The position numbers were made by a program, and so were the translations under genes. From Octopus sinensis (Eukaryota), in contig NC_043005.1 of assembly GCF_006345805.1 (NCBI RefSeq), forward strand, positions 37,448,001 to 37,512,000: DNA of 64,000 nucleotides, written 5' to 3'. Of the stretch, positions 1 through 12,700 are shown piece after piece. Numbering within the stretch: the stretch's first letter is position 1; every line of letters starts with the position of its first letter. The notes under the pieces were generated by a model. The model saw nothing but the letters and a program-made list of their open reading frames with translations. It made no database searches and was not told where the DNA came from.

Positions 1-339
1 CTATAATTGAAGACATTTTATCAAAGGGTTCACACAGTGGAACTAAACCTAAAATTATATGGGTGGGAAGCAAACTTCCTATTTACACAGCCCTTCTAAA
101 ATTATATATTCTGTCTTGGACAATCACTCTGATATGTGACCATCTAGAATACTCATGAAATACTATCTGGAAATCTTACTCATTTTTCTGTGACTGAGAC
201 AAATCTAAACATTTAGTTACACTAAAAATTACGCAACGCTAATTGCTTCTTACACTCAAAACTTTTACATTGGTTTACTAAATATTTGTAATAAAAGCTT
301 GAGATAACTAATTTAATATATACTGACCAAGTTTAGTTT

Positions 340-665
340 GTACATTGTTAGTGCAGGGTGTCAGACTCACAATCATGAAGTAATGAGTTCAATTCCCAAA
401 CTGGACTGTGTGTTGTGGTCTTGAGCAAGACACTTTATTTCACGTTGCTCCAGTTCACTCAGCTGTAGAAATGAGTTGTGACATCACTGGTGCCAAGCTG
501 TATCAGCCTTTACCTTTCCCTTGGATAACATCGGTGGCATGGAGAAGAGAACCCGGTATGCATGGGCGACTGCTGGTTTTCCATAATCAAACTTGCCCAG
601 ACTTGTACCTTGGAGGAGAACTTTCTAGGTGCAAGCCCATGGTCATCCATGACAAAAGGGGGTCT
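340..665 (+). mobile_element. tRNA-derived SINE family A, about 320 bp
   Basis: B-box-like GAGTTCAATTCCC and a shared body CTTGAGCAAGACACTTTATTTCACGTTGCTCCAGTTCACTCAGCTGTAGAAATGAGTTG. Copies at about 25655(+), 29835(+), 35590(-) and 46088(-). Confidence 0.85.
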
Positions 666-2859
666 TTATCCTTTTATTGCAGTTATAATTAGTATTTTCA
701 ATGAAATTGCAACATACTGATCTACAATATAGGTAGTAGTGCAAATCACTGCAGCCTACGAAAGCATATGCTATAGTGTAAACTCTGTCTACACTACACT
801 GTAACCAGGGTAACCAAAGATGTTCACCATCATTAGCACCATCATCATTGACACCATCATGAGTAACAGAAACATTTTATGTCTGCACTTCCATACAGGC
901 ATGGGTTGAACAATTCTTCTTCTGAGGAAATGTTTTACTGGAAGATGCCCTTCCTTCACTTTGCCAACCCTTTTATGACATGCTAGAACATATGTCTATT
1001 CTAAAAGTGGAATAATTATGGTAATAGAGCAACCTAGGGTAGTAGAATTGAGTTATTAATTGTTCTTAAGTATTCAATCAGCTGCCTTCATGGAGTAACT
1101 AGAACAAGAACAGCAATAACAACATTAATTATCACCACTAAGAATGAGCCTCCTCATTCTTTTGAAAATGAATGGTCTAAATATACATACATGGGTTTCA
1201 TCATGATTTTTGTTGTCAATAAATTTCCATTACTTGTTTTTTTTCTTTTTCATTTAATTTTTTTTTCTTTTTTTTTGTTTTCTTACTTAGTTCTTACATT
1301 TATTTAATTTCAGATATGCAAAAAATAGTTTTTATTTCAATAAATTTCATTTAGACTCCTTTTGAATTCAGTACTAAGCAAATAATTTTCGATATTCCTT
1401 ATTTTATTTTTAATTAAATAAAATTAAATTTCAATTAGAGATCCATATTTCTGTTTCATTGCTTGCCAAATTAATATTTTTTTGTTAGTTATTATGGAGT
1501 TAATTTCTAAATGTGAAGGAAGCAAAATATAGAATTTTTCTCTCTCAGACACAAGGTTAAATTTTCTCTGGCAGAACAGCAATATAACATTATCTCTTCT
1601 TTTATTGATTTCTTGATTGATGAGAGATGATTGATCCTGATGGCACTAAACTAGTTATTTTTCAGAAACCTGTTTAGCACTGTTCTGTTTACTGCAACAC
1701 AATAATAAGAATAAAAAATAATAATGTAATTACATTGTACTAGAGATAGTTTCTTTTATAAGAAGGGAGAATTTAAATCCTTTGAATTGATCGGTGTCTT
1801 CTTGGGACCAAATCTCATATCACCGCCTTTTGTTCACTGAATGGAATCAACCTATTTCTTCATTAGATGAAATCCTGATGCAAAGAACCAGGAGACTATA
1901 TAGCCATCAGCTTATATGACACATATTTTATTGTTAACAACAATGATGATGAGGATGATGATGATGATGATGGTGGTTGTGGTGGTGGCAGTGGTGGTGG
2001 TGGCAGTGGCAGCAGCAATGGTGCCAGTGGCAACAGCGACAAGGAGGTAGAGAGGAAGGGTTTCTGACATTGACAAGGGAAGAATATAATTGTATGGATT
2101 GCTCTAGCAGTGCCTTGATATATATTTGATCCTATCTTAAAGGATGTAATGCAAAATTAATCCTGTTATTTTTCACTTCGAAACTAAGTAAACAGTGTGG
2201 AGAATGCCAAGAATCCATGAGAACTTTGTCATTTTATGTGATAGAATACAATCTTCAGAACAGATAATACCATCTGGGACACTAAATAACTAGTTTAATG
2301 CTAAACAACTTGAAAATAATTAGTTTAATGCTAAAAGTTTCCAAGTTAAAACCCTAACAGATTTACTTTTATTCTCCATCAATGTGAAAATACTAAGATA
2401 AATACTGATTATATACTAGGTATTCATCACAAATATCTTGCTAAGGACTAAATGATTTAGATGTATAACAGTAGAGTACAGTAGAGTACAGCCAGCCATT
2501 CCTTGGAAACCAGGACCATGCTTTCAGTCATGAATTTAGGTGTATGTGTAAAAAGGAATGAGTGTAGCCATTCTCTTGATTCTATCATTTTTGATCCTTC
2601 AGAATATCTGAGGTGTGACAGATGGAGGGAGAGAAAACTGCACTAATACCCAACTGGTCCCTCATTTACATTTGAGTAGACTGGAGCAATGTGAAATTAA
2701 GAACCTTCCTCAATGACACTGCACACTGCCCAAACCAAGATTGCAAACCTTTTTCTTTTTATCCTTATGATTGTAAGCCCAGCAGATTAACCACTGGGTC
2801 ACATAGTTTCATACATGTATTGAAGTTTTGCATTTATAAAGCAAAGCATTATATATTTT

Positions 2860-3580
2860 TATGCAAAATATTTTTATGGTGCTTCGTTTTGGTCCAAAGC
2901 ATGCGAAGAATGTTTTTTTATTATTGTACAGAATCCACTTTTCATCACAAGCTACAATATGGTTGAGAAGCAGATCGGTCTTGTTATGGAGAAGTGATGA
3001 GCAAATTTCATATCTGTGCATTTTCTGATATTCATTCAAATCATGTGGTACCCATTTGTCAAGCATTTTTAATTTTCCAATTGCATGCAAATGGTTGCAG
3101 ACAGTTTTCTGGCCAACTTCTTTTGCCAGTTCTCAAGTAGTTTTACGTGGATCTTTCTCAATGATGGTCTTTGATTAAATATCATCAATGACAGATGGAC
3201 ATCCACTATGCTCTCAATCTTCAAGGTTCGGGTCTCCACTGTGAAATCATTTAAACCATTTTTGGGCTAACCACTCATTGGTCATTTTCTCATCAAACAT
3301 TTTGTTGATATCGTGAGCAGTTTCAGCTGCTTCAAGTCCCTTTTTAAAGTTGAATTGCAAAATTGCTTGAATATTGCACTTTGACAGTTCCATTCCAATT
3401 GTTCTTAACAACAGTGAAAAAATATCAATGTAAATTTATTGATGTATTTGGGCAAGTCTGTGTCTGTATTATCAGACAATTGCAAAAAATTGTTTAGAAA
3501 AAAATCAAAACTCTGCAAAAATCCAGTACATATTCTTCATGGTTCAAAATGTTGCTTACTTCTTACTCAACCTGATAGTA
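2860..3580 (-). mobile_element. Mariner (DD34D-type, Mos1/Hsmar1-like) transposon, 5' half, pseudogenised
   Basis: From the ATG at 3393: MELSKCNIQAILQFNFKKGLEAAETAHDINKMF...QKWFK*FHSGDPNLED*EHSGCPS...HLHAIGKLKMLDKWVPHDLNE...IVACDEKWILYNNKK. This has the WVPHEL-like motif and the first catalytic D. A decayed mariner-type TIR lies near 3550-3578. Confidence 0.92.
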
Positions 3581-3689
3581 ATTGAGCAGAGGAACTAAAA
3601 CCTAATTAACACTTAATGAATTTTCCAAATTTATGAAATGGATATAGTTGTTGACTTTATCTCACACCCAAAAATTTAGTTTCTCCTTT

Positions 3690-3895
3690 GGTGAACACTT
3701 CCTTTATGGTGATGGCATTGATGACTTAGCAGACCAGTTCTTGCATAGATTAGTCGATGGCATTGACTGCATGGTAGTGTTGGTAGAGTACAAGGTTTGT
3801 TTTGATGAGCCTTTCTCTCCTGTCATTTGATTTTTTTCTTTTCCTCTTCTGGTGGCTTTGAAGTTTTTAGTTCTGATGGTGATGGAACACCCCCA
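3690..3895 (-). mobile_element. RTE-type LINE ORF C-terminus with terminal zinc-finger-like motif
   Basis: EEEKKKIK*QERKAHQNKPCTLPTLPCSQCHRLIYARTGLLSHQCHHH matches the Cx2C...ARIGLxSH pattern of RTE-clade C-termini. Confidence 0.7.
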
Positions 3896-4249
3896 ATACA
3901 CCATATTTCCTCATGTATAAGTTTCACTAGTTTATATTTGATTTTAGCTGTAAAAACTGGAGTGTAACTTATACATGGGGCAAATTTAAAACCTGAAAGG
4001 AAAAAAATATGCCAGGATTTAAGACTAAATTACAGATGTGACTTATAAATGAATGCAACATATTCACAAACAAACCAGTAATTCCATATTACTGCATAAG
4101 AGAACTTTTAGATATGATATGATGAGATATCACTATGTATGTAAAGAAGTTATATCAAGGATAATGAGTTAGCAGAAAGCAGAGATATACTGCTTAAGTA
4201 AGGAAAATATAGAGATGAATAACAGAATGATCTATGATAAAAGTTTAGT

Positions 4250-4962
4250 AACAAATGAAATTCTGTAAGATGCTTTGAGCATAGATAACAGTGTTGACAT
4301 GAATTGAGTAAAAAATACAAACCTAATGACCAGGCATTGAGAACAATTTATATAATGTTTGTTATGTATGTCTATAATGTTGTTACATCATTATTATGTA
4401 GAATTTATATGGAGTGTGGTGAAAAGTGTAGAGTATTAATGCATGAATGCAGTAAATTAGTTTTGAAGGAATATAATAGAAGGCACATTAATGTCACACA
4501 AATTATCCATTGGGAAATATGTGGAATGTGTTATTTGGAAAAGTAATGGAAGCAAACGCCAGTCCCTTAATATAATTGAGTCCAAAGACATCAAAAGTCT
4601 TTGGTGTTTCAGCATTCTGTGTTCACTGCAGCCGTATGATAGAAAGTAGGAGACAGATATGGTTGTAATCAAAAAGCAGGCTAGAATGTGTAAAATCAAT
4701 ATTGCAATACCTGGAGGATAGTAGAATTGGGATCAAGGAAGATGAAAATATTGAGAAATATAATGATCTTATGGCTGAAGTTGCAACTATCTTATGTTTC
4801 TAAAGAAGATTTATGTTAGTGGTTGGATGCTTAGGAATAAATAGTTTCTGTTTAATTAAAGGATGGGTTAATGTTTGGAAGGGACCAAAACTAGGACATA
4901 ATATCTTAGAAAAACTGCTTTGAAGACCAGCCAGAATATTCAGAGCGGTATTAGAGATCTAA
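4250..4962 (+). mobile_element. R4/Dong-clade non-LTR retrotransposon 3' fragment (CCHC knuckle plus restriction-like endonuclease)
   Basis: ECGEKCRVLMHECSKLVLKEYNRRHINVTQIIHWEICG, then TDMVVIKKQARMCKINIAIPG, DSRIGIKEDENIEKYNDLMAEVATI and ...RIFRAVLEI*. Several frameshifts. Confidence 0.85.
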
Positions 4963-6016
4963 GGTAAAATCTAAATAAAAATATTTCAAATGCAATTGGG
5001 ATTTTAGTTATTTTGTTGCTGTTTTTCCCAATGGCAGCATTCTCTGGAATACTATTACAACATCAAGAAAGGGTATAATAGAGTAGCAATAATAATAATG
5101 ATATCTTTCTTAGCCACTGGATACTTCGTGGTAATAAAAGTAGGAGAGTAGTATTAATGTTTGAGAGATGAAAGGCAACTTCAGTGGGTTTTGTACTAAC
5201 AACCTAAGTAATGAGTTTAGATACTTAACAAGCATGTATCTTGTCTGATTTTCTCCTCTAGATTTCTATCATTGAGATGAAGCCTCAGTTTTATTGGAAA
5301 TAATAAGTTGTGTTGGTCATGTTTTATTCCAAGATTGTTAGAAATAAGCTATGTCTGTTCAATTAGCAAATGAAAAAATAAAAACAAGTATTGGTGATAA
5401 TGTAGGTGCCTGGTCTTGTGGTTAGAGGTGTTGGTCTTATGCTCATAAAAACAAGGATTTAATTCCTGAACCAGGCAATGTGTAGTGTGCTTCATTCCAC
5501 ATTACCCCCAATCTCCTCAGCTGTGCAGCTTTCTTTCTCTCAAGCCATCAGAGCTTAGTTATTCCGCTGAATCAGATGTGCCAGGGCTCAGAAGGTGACT
5601 GTCTGTTCGCATTTAAATAAGCACCTAAAACTATTATTGAAAGCATAGTCTATACCACCAACTAATACCTGGCTGTACCCTATTGTACTTTCCTATTATA
5701 ATACATTTAAATCATTCATTCCTTGGAAAAATATATGTGATGAATACTTCGTATATAACTGGTGATTATTTTAGTACTTTCACATTGAGGATGAATGAAA
5801 ATAAATCTGGCTGGTTTTTAGTTTAATGACATTTAATATTAAACTAGTTATTATCATTAACCTAATTATTTGCTGTTTATAATTATAGTAACTATATGAG
5901 AAAAATATAATGAAGTAATAGAGTTGTAGAACTTGTATCACTTATTATAGTAGTTATAACTTTATTACTTAGTCATATTTTTTAATTGTAGTTACAAAAA
6001 TAATATTAATGATTAG

Positions 6017-6027
6017 TAATAATAATA

Positions 6028-6106
<79 letters not shown>

Positions 6107-6107
6107 C
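6017..6107. repeat. (TAA)n microsatellite
   Basis: About 30 near-perfect units, read directly. Confidence 0.98.
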
Positions 6108-6134
6108 CATTTTGCTGTATACAAAAAAAACTAA

Positions 6135-6306
6135 CATCAATTACATCAATCCTAGAGCTTAACTGGTACTTATTTCATCAACTCTGAAAGGATGTAAGGT
6201 AAAGTCAACCTGGACAGAATTTGAACTCTGACTATAAAAATAGATGCCATTAAGCATTTTGTCCAGCATGCTGATGATTGTGTCAGCATGCCACCTAGTA
6301 GTAGTG

Positions 6307-6367
<61 letters not shown>

Positions 6368-6393
6368 TAGTAGTAGTGGTAGTAGTGGTAGTG

Positions 6394-6468
<75 letters not shown>

Positions 6469-6870
6469 ATTTTGACACAAATCCAGCAATTTCGGATCGG
6501 AGGAAAGTCAATGACATCAACCCCAGTGCTTAACTGGTACTTATTGACCTTGAAAGGATGAAAAAGCAAAGTCAACCTTGACAACATTTGAACTCCGAAT
6601 ATAAAGGCAGAAGAAATGTCACTGAGCATTTTCTGTGATGTGGTAATAATTCTGCCTTTATAATGCTATTAATAATGATGATGCTTAATTTAGGCACAAG
6701 GTCAGCAATTTTGTGGAGAGCCATCAATCCCTTTATTTGACAGGCAATGATAAGTACATCATTCTCAAAAGTATGAAAGGCAAAGCTTATTTCAGTGGGA
6801 TTTGAACATAATGTGAAAGACCGCAACAGATTTTTTCCAATGTTCTAATGATTCTGCCAGCTCACTGCTT
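6135..6870 (-). mobile_element. Three tandem copies of tRNA-derived SINE family E, with a (TAG)n tract between the first two
   Basis: The block ACTGGTACTTAT...GAAAGGATG...AAAGTCAACC...ATTTGAAC...ATGATTCTGCCAGCTC recurs at about 6135-6295, 6470-6655 and 6690-6870. Other copies at about 15435(+), 53810(-), 57470(+) and 57705(+). Confidence 0.8.
6295..6468. repeat. (TAG)n microsatellite with TGG interruptions
   Basis: Read directly. It produces the poly-T, L, V, S and Y ORFs in the track. Confidence 0.98.
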
Positions 6871-7014
6871 TATAAATTCACAGTAATAATAGGTTTGATA
6901 ACTAAATTAAGAAAAATATAGCTAAGTAATATAAAGTAGTAGAATCTAAATCAATTGTTACAGTAGTAGTAATAAAAACATAACACATTTGTAATAATAA
7001 GTATTTGTTAGAGT

Positions 7015-8320
7015 GTATTAAGAATGAATAGATAGGTTACTATTTTGATTCTTGCTCTTCTGTGTGCAAGTCATGAATTATTATCAGTTTGGTGGACATC
7101 AGTACGCTTCAGCAAAAAATTTACTTCGTGATTTCTATAAATAAAAGCCAGTACTCTTGTTTATATTCATTGATCCAAGATGGTTTTTACTGTAGACATA
7201 CACAAAAAGACTGAAACACCACGGTGTCTCAAAATCCTATTACATCAATGAATCACAGATGTTATTAACACATATAGTCTCAAGAGAGGAGGTATTTTCC
7301 AATCACAATAAACTACAACGATTGGCATATTCATGCTCAATTCATCCAGAAAATATTAAGAATTACTGCTTAGGTTCACACACACATACATACACATCAC
7401 ATACAGACGCTAACATGCATCAACAAAAAAAATTGCTTTCTGATTTCTATTAACAAGAACCCATTCTTATAGATTTTACTTAAGACACACTCAAAAATTT
7501 GAAACACTGAGGTGCCTTAAAGTCCCCTTATATCAATAAATCACATGTGTTATTAACATTCATTTAGAGGAGGTGTTCTCAGATGATGTAATACAACAGT
7601 AAGCAGGTCAAAATGTTTGAATATGCCAAAATGTATTAAGAATGAATGTATCGAGAATGAGTGAAGGCACATGGCTTAGTGGTTAGGGCATTCACCTCAT
7701 GATCGTAAGGTCATGAGTTCAATTCCTAGTGACATGTTGTGTCCTTGAGCAAGGCACTTTATTTTGTATTTTTCCAGTTCACACAGCTGGCAAAAATGAG
7801 GAGTACTTGTATTTTAAAAGATCAGCCTTGTCACCCTGTGTCATGCTGAATCTCCCCGAGAACAATCTGGAAGATACATCTGTCTGTGGAGTGCTCAGCC
7901 ACTTGCACATTAACTTCATGAGCTAGCTCTTCCATTGATTGGATCAACTGGAACTCTCACATCATAATCGATGGAGTACCAGTTATGTCATTGTTTTGAT
8001 TTTTACTCTTCTGCATACATCTCATGAATTATGAACTGTTTGGTAGTCATCAGCATGCATCAGCAAATAGTTTGTTTGCCAATTTCTTTAAACAAAAACC
8101 AGTTCTGCTCACTAGTTCATTGACCTAGACTAGCCTTTACTGAAGAGACACACAGTTAAATCAAAATACTAGGATGTCTCAGTGTCTCCTTACATCAATG
8201 TATCATGTGTGCTATGAATATATAAAATTTTAACAGAGGTGTTCTCCAATAATAAAATACAACAGTGATCAGCAAATTCATGTTCAAATCAACCAAAATA
8301 TATTAAGAATGGATAGATGC
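7015..8320. repeat. Degenerate tandem repeat, unit about 340 bp, roughly 2.5 copies, interrupted by a SINE
   Basis: Shared motifs: (G/A)TATTAAGAAT at about 7015, 7355, 7634 and 8302; TTACATCAATG at about 7240 and 8191; GAGGTGTTCTC or GAGGTATTTTC at about 7289, 7570 and 8236; TCATGAATTA..GTTTGGT..CATCAG at about 7072 and 8022. Confidence 0.7.
7665..7981 (+). mobile_element. tRNA-derived SINE, family A-like head with a different tail
   Basis: TGGCTTAGTGGTTAGG A-box, GAGTTCAATTCC B-box and CCTTGAGCAAGGCACTTTATTT core. It interrupts a tandem repeat array. Confidence 0.8.
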
Positions 8321-8779
8321 GTTATTGTATAATTTATAATAATTGTATTAACTAGATTATAAAAATGTAACCAATATAGAATTGCAGAATGTGTATCAGT
8401 TGTTATGATATTAATTATAAAATTATGATATTTCTTTTTTCAAAGCTCTTTAAATGTGAAGATGCATAGTTGATTGATAAATATTTCATACATTACAGAC
8501 ATTTATTTTATTAGGTTTCATTCACATTGATGAAATACAAAGATAGTCTTGGTGAGATTTTGTATTTCAAAGATGAAATACAAAGATAGTCTCAGTAGAG
8601 AATATTTCAAGAAAATATGCTTATATATATATATATGTATATTCATGAAATGCAAGTGGTATTATATATACCACTTGCAATCAATTAAAACATGAATAAA
8701 ATTTTGTATTAGTACCAATTTCCATCGTATCCAGCATTGAAAAGAAAACAAGAATATTTTGTGTATTTTCTATGTTTAC

Positions 8780-8783
<4 letters not shown>

Positions 8784-8830
<47 letters not shown>

Positions 8831-8942
8831 ACTCTCTCTCTCTCTCACACACACATAAATATATATACATATGCTTACACACATAAATATATATATACAT
8901 ATGTATATATATATATATTGTACTTTGTATGAACATACACAC

Positions 8943-8982
<40 letters not shown>

Positions 8983-8990
8983 CACACACA
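8784..8990. repeat. Compound (CT)n/(CA)n/(TA)n microsatellite
   Basis: Read directly. Confidence 0.95.
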
Positions 8991-9276
8991 TGATTAAACT
9001 GCAATATGAATAAAAGGAAAATAGCTTAATATCAAAGATTTAATTCAGGAATTTGTTAAATCTACAGAAATCTATAAAGCCGTTTGTGTACCTAAATAAT
9101 TTACAAAGTACTTAAAGAAATCCAGGAATTCATGAAAAAATATAATAATACTAAATAAAAAGAAAGAAAAGAAAATATTGAAACTAAAAAAAATATCTTT
9201 ATATTTAGGTTAGTCTGCCAATATTTGAAGTAATTGGTTTCAAAGCAACTGATACAAAGACAGGAGTACTAAGAGT

Positions 9277-9562
9277 TATATGTACATATCTATATACATA
9301 CACATACATATATATGTATATATGTATATACACATACATATATATATGTATAAATATATATATATATATATGTATGTATATACATATAAATATATAGGTA
9401 TATATGTATATGTATATATGTATGTATATACATATATGTAGATATATGTATAAATATATATATATGTATATACATATATGTATATATATGTAAATATAAA
9501 TACATATTTATATATATATATATATGTATATATATATAGATATATCATCATCATCATTATCA
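9277..9562. repeat. TA/TG-rich compound microsatellite ending in (CAT)n
   Basis: Read directly. Confidence 0.95.
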
Positions 9563-9689
9563 TCGTTTAATGTCTGTTTTCCATGCTAGCATGGGTTGGA
9601 CAGTTTGACCAGTGTCTGGGAAGCCAGGAGGCTGCACCAGGCTCTAGTCTGATCTGGCAGTGTTTATACATATATGTACACATATACAT

Positions 9690-9732
<43 letters not shown>

Positions 9733-12700
9733 CATATTTATGCAGGCAGCGCTGGTATTGAAGTTATAAACTCTGCAATGGGCACATTTCGATTCTTAAA
9801 CTAAATCTAACTCCATTTCATTTTGTCAATGTATCAGTCACTCTTTTATCATATGCCTACCCATCACTATCGAGATGGAGATGGCTATCCACAAGTGCAA
9901 ACTCCTTGAGCCAGAGTAGCTGTTTCATCCCACACCATCCTTCAAGGTAACACTCCTTCTATTTTGTCAACTGGGACCATGATTCAGTCTGGATTACAGC
10001 AAAGTGTGTGGAATGCAAGAATTTCGTGGATTTCTACATGAACAAAAATCTTATACAAGCAAAGTTGATTCAGCAGTTGAAATAAGCAAATAAATTAAAT
10101 GAGGAGGAAGTAATAGAAGAGAGACAGAAAGAAAAGGATGACTAGACAGTAGGGAAGATTGAATATGGGTAGGTCTGCTGACATCCGTTGTTACATGGGT
10201 GACTTGTTGGCAACTTTCCTGATAAATAGTTTCTATGATTTCTGATTCTCAAAGTTGCTACTCTAGTATGTCTTGTAGTGTAAATTGTGACATTACTTGT
10301 AGCTGATATCAACTAGATTGTGTACTTACTTGCTGAACTGTTCAATGACTACAATGCATACTGTGATTTCTTCAAGTCAAATTTTTGCACAGGGGATCAT
10401 TTTAACTGATTTGTACTGAATTAGGACGGTGATCTTGTTTGAAACTATGATGTCATCTTCCAACTGTATGTTTGTGTGCTTGCTTGCACACATACATGCA
10501 TGCACACACATGAGTACATACACACACATACACACACACACTCATTTCAATTATTATTTATGTTATTGTTTTTGCATGCCTGATTGGGTGAAATTAAGAT
10601 TTATGATTTTAGTTAGAGAATTATGCAAATTAGGATTTCATCAAAGAGAATCAATGATTCAGTTTTGGTACTGTGTTTTGAATGGTGTTTTTTTTTTTGC
10701 TGTACTAACCATGTTCTAAATAAATTTTAGTACCCTCCTCCATATCTATGTCCTACCTTCCAGCATCACTAATTTGCTATATCTGATTGTACCTAATAGC
10801 TTTATCATAGCTATTGAGGAAGAAATGTAGTTTCTTTTGGTTAAAATAATAGATTTTTATGCAGTAAAATCATGTTTATGTCTCTGATTTTGCTGTACTG
10901 TGTATGTTATTGTTTTAATTTTCTCAAGGAGCCTATTTTTAAGTGTTGTTTTAGAAGAAAATGATATTTGTCCATTGCCTAAAGCAGAGAGAAGGCATGA
11001 TAGACAAGGGGAGATGACAGTCGTAGATAAGGAGGAAATGGTGTATAACATCGATAAAATGTTAGAAGCATTTGAGATTTATAGAATACAAGAGTGCATG
11101 GGAATAAAGAGATCTTTAAGAATATGTTCGTAAAATAAATGTTACATGTAGTATTTACAACTGATAGAGAGAGAGTTGCAATATTAGTGGTACAAAGAAA
11201 GAGGTTTTTTAATGAGTAGTGGAGGTGCAGCTATCAAGTTTAAAGTGCAAAATTTAATATATAGGGGTGCAGAGTGAAGACAAATAATAAAAATAGGCTT
11301 CAGATTCGAATTTTTTAAATACATGAGGTTAAGAGACTTTCTTCAAATTGTTGTGAGGAAAAAAAGATGATTAAAAATTAAATGCTAAAATAAATGAATC
11401 CCAGAAGCATTGGTTAGGTTGTCCATCAGATGTAAGTGCTGGTTCATGTTAGTCTATGTTTTAAAGATGGATTATGTACAGTGAGTGCTATGAGCTGGTA
11501 GTTGAAGGTATGCATGAATGGAGGCTTATGTTAGCACAATCATTAAATTAGTTTTCCAGGTGAGATGGTGCATGCTGAAGCTACATGGATAAACACTGTA
11601 TTAGAGGATTATCTAATCCCGAGAGGAGTTACAGATGGTGAATCAAAATTACTTATACACATTCATGCATATTTTTATTATTATGTGTATCTGAATCAGC
11701 AAGCTATTTCAATAGAGAGTGTGTATTTCAATTTTTGTGTGTGTTTGTGCAGGAAGAAAAGAAGATAAAAGCCTGATAAGTGGGAGTTCACAAATATTTA
11801 TATCATGACAAAAGCCCCTCCACACCTACTACAAACATCTTTGCTTTGTTATGCTGTTTCTTTGGTTTGCTTTTATGTTGAAAAAAAATTACTCCAAGTG
11901 TGGGAGAGAGTGTGATTTTCAGAAAAATTACTTTTCAGTGTGTTTTGTTTGGAAATTCTCATATATTAAACCTATATACTAACTAATATATCCTTTATTG
12001 AACCAACATTGTTTCAATGAATATATAAAATAAGACTCTATATAAACATAAATATAAAACAATAGAATATTGTGAAAGCTTAGTTTGACTGTTATTACCA
12101 CCTCATATTTTCTTATTTAAACTCTACTTTCTAAATCCTTGCTTAATAAATTGTAAAATATTTCTAATTATCTCAGGGAATTACAAGCAGATTAGTTTCT
12201 AATCTGATGTATTTATACTGAAATCAAATATAAAGTCAATTTATCTAGGTAGCATATGTCACCTGCAAGATGTTTTACTCATGGTAAAATGCAATGTTTT
12301 TTAGTGTTATACATATTGACTTATAAGTTCAGAACAGTTACTATAAATCACTGAGAACAATTGGTAGTCTGCTTAGATATAACTAAGAGGTATCGGTTCA
12401 TTTCTTGCTAGACTGTCACATTTTCTTATTCTTGCTTGTATGTACATTCTTTGATAAAATGTGTATATATTTATATATATTACTGTTTAGAAAAGATCAG
12501 TTGGTCAAGTATTTCTCTGCCACATTACATTATGGTGACATTTTCTATGCTTCAGCAGAGGATCTTTTGATTAATACTGTATCATTTAAACTAGGTTTTC
12601 TATCTTATATAGAAACTCTTATGTACAAACTTTGATCCCTTTTCAATAAGTGCATTATGAAGTTCACAGATCAATAGACATTTCCCATAAGTATTTGAAA

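Noticed and set aside
340-420. tRNA-like A/B boxes at SINE heads as true tRNA genes
   Set aside because: No complete cloverleaf forms and the heads are fused to SINE bodies.
408-692. 94-aa ORF MCCGLEQDTLF... and similar ORFs at 7729, 25408, 30057 and 46110
   Set aside because: They lie within SINE family A copies and the frames are not conserved between copies.
6159-6629. Long ORFs with poly-T, L, V, S or Y runs
   Set aside because: They are translations of a (TAG)n microsatellite flanked by SINEs.
6135-6870. Regularly recurring conserved blocks with variable spacers (CRISPR-like)
   Set aside because: The blocks are 160-200-bp SINE copies in eukaryotic DNA, with no short identical repeats and no cas genes.
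8140-8192. CTGAAGA-GACAC...GTGTC resembling a hammerhead 5' half
   Set aside because: No GAAA box, stem III or NUH site follows.
9855-10030. GC-richer segment resembling integrase (EMAIHKCKLL)
   Set aside because: Too short and ambiguous to assign.
12490-12580. Candidate exon KDQLVKYFSATLHYGDIFYASAEDLLINT
   Set aside because: The donor is weak, its phase is incompatible with the 11560 candidate, and no family was recognised.
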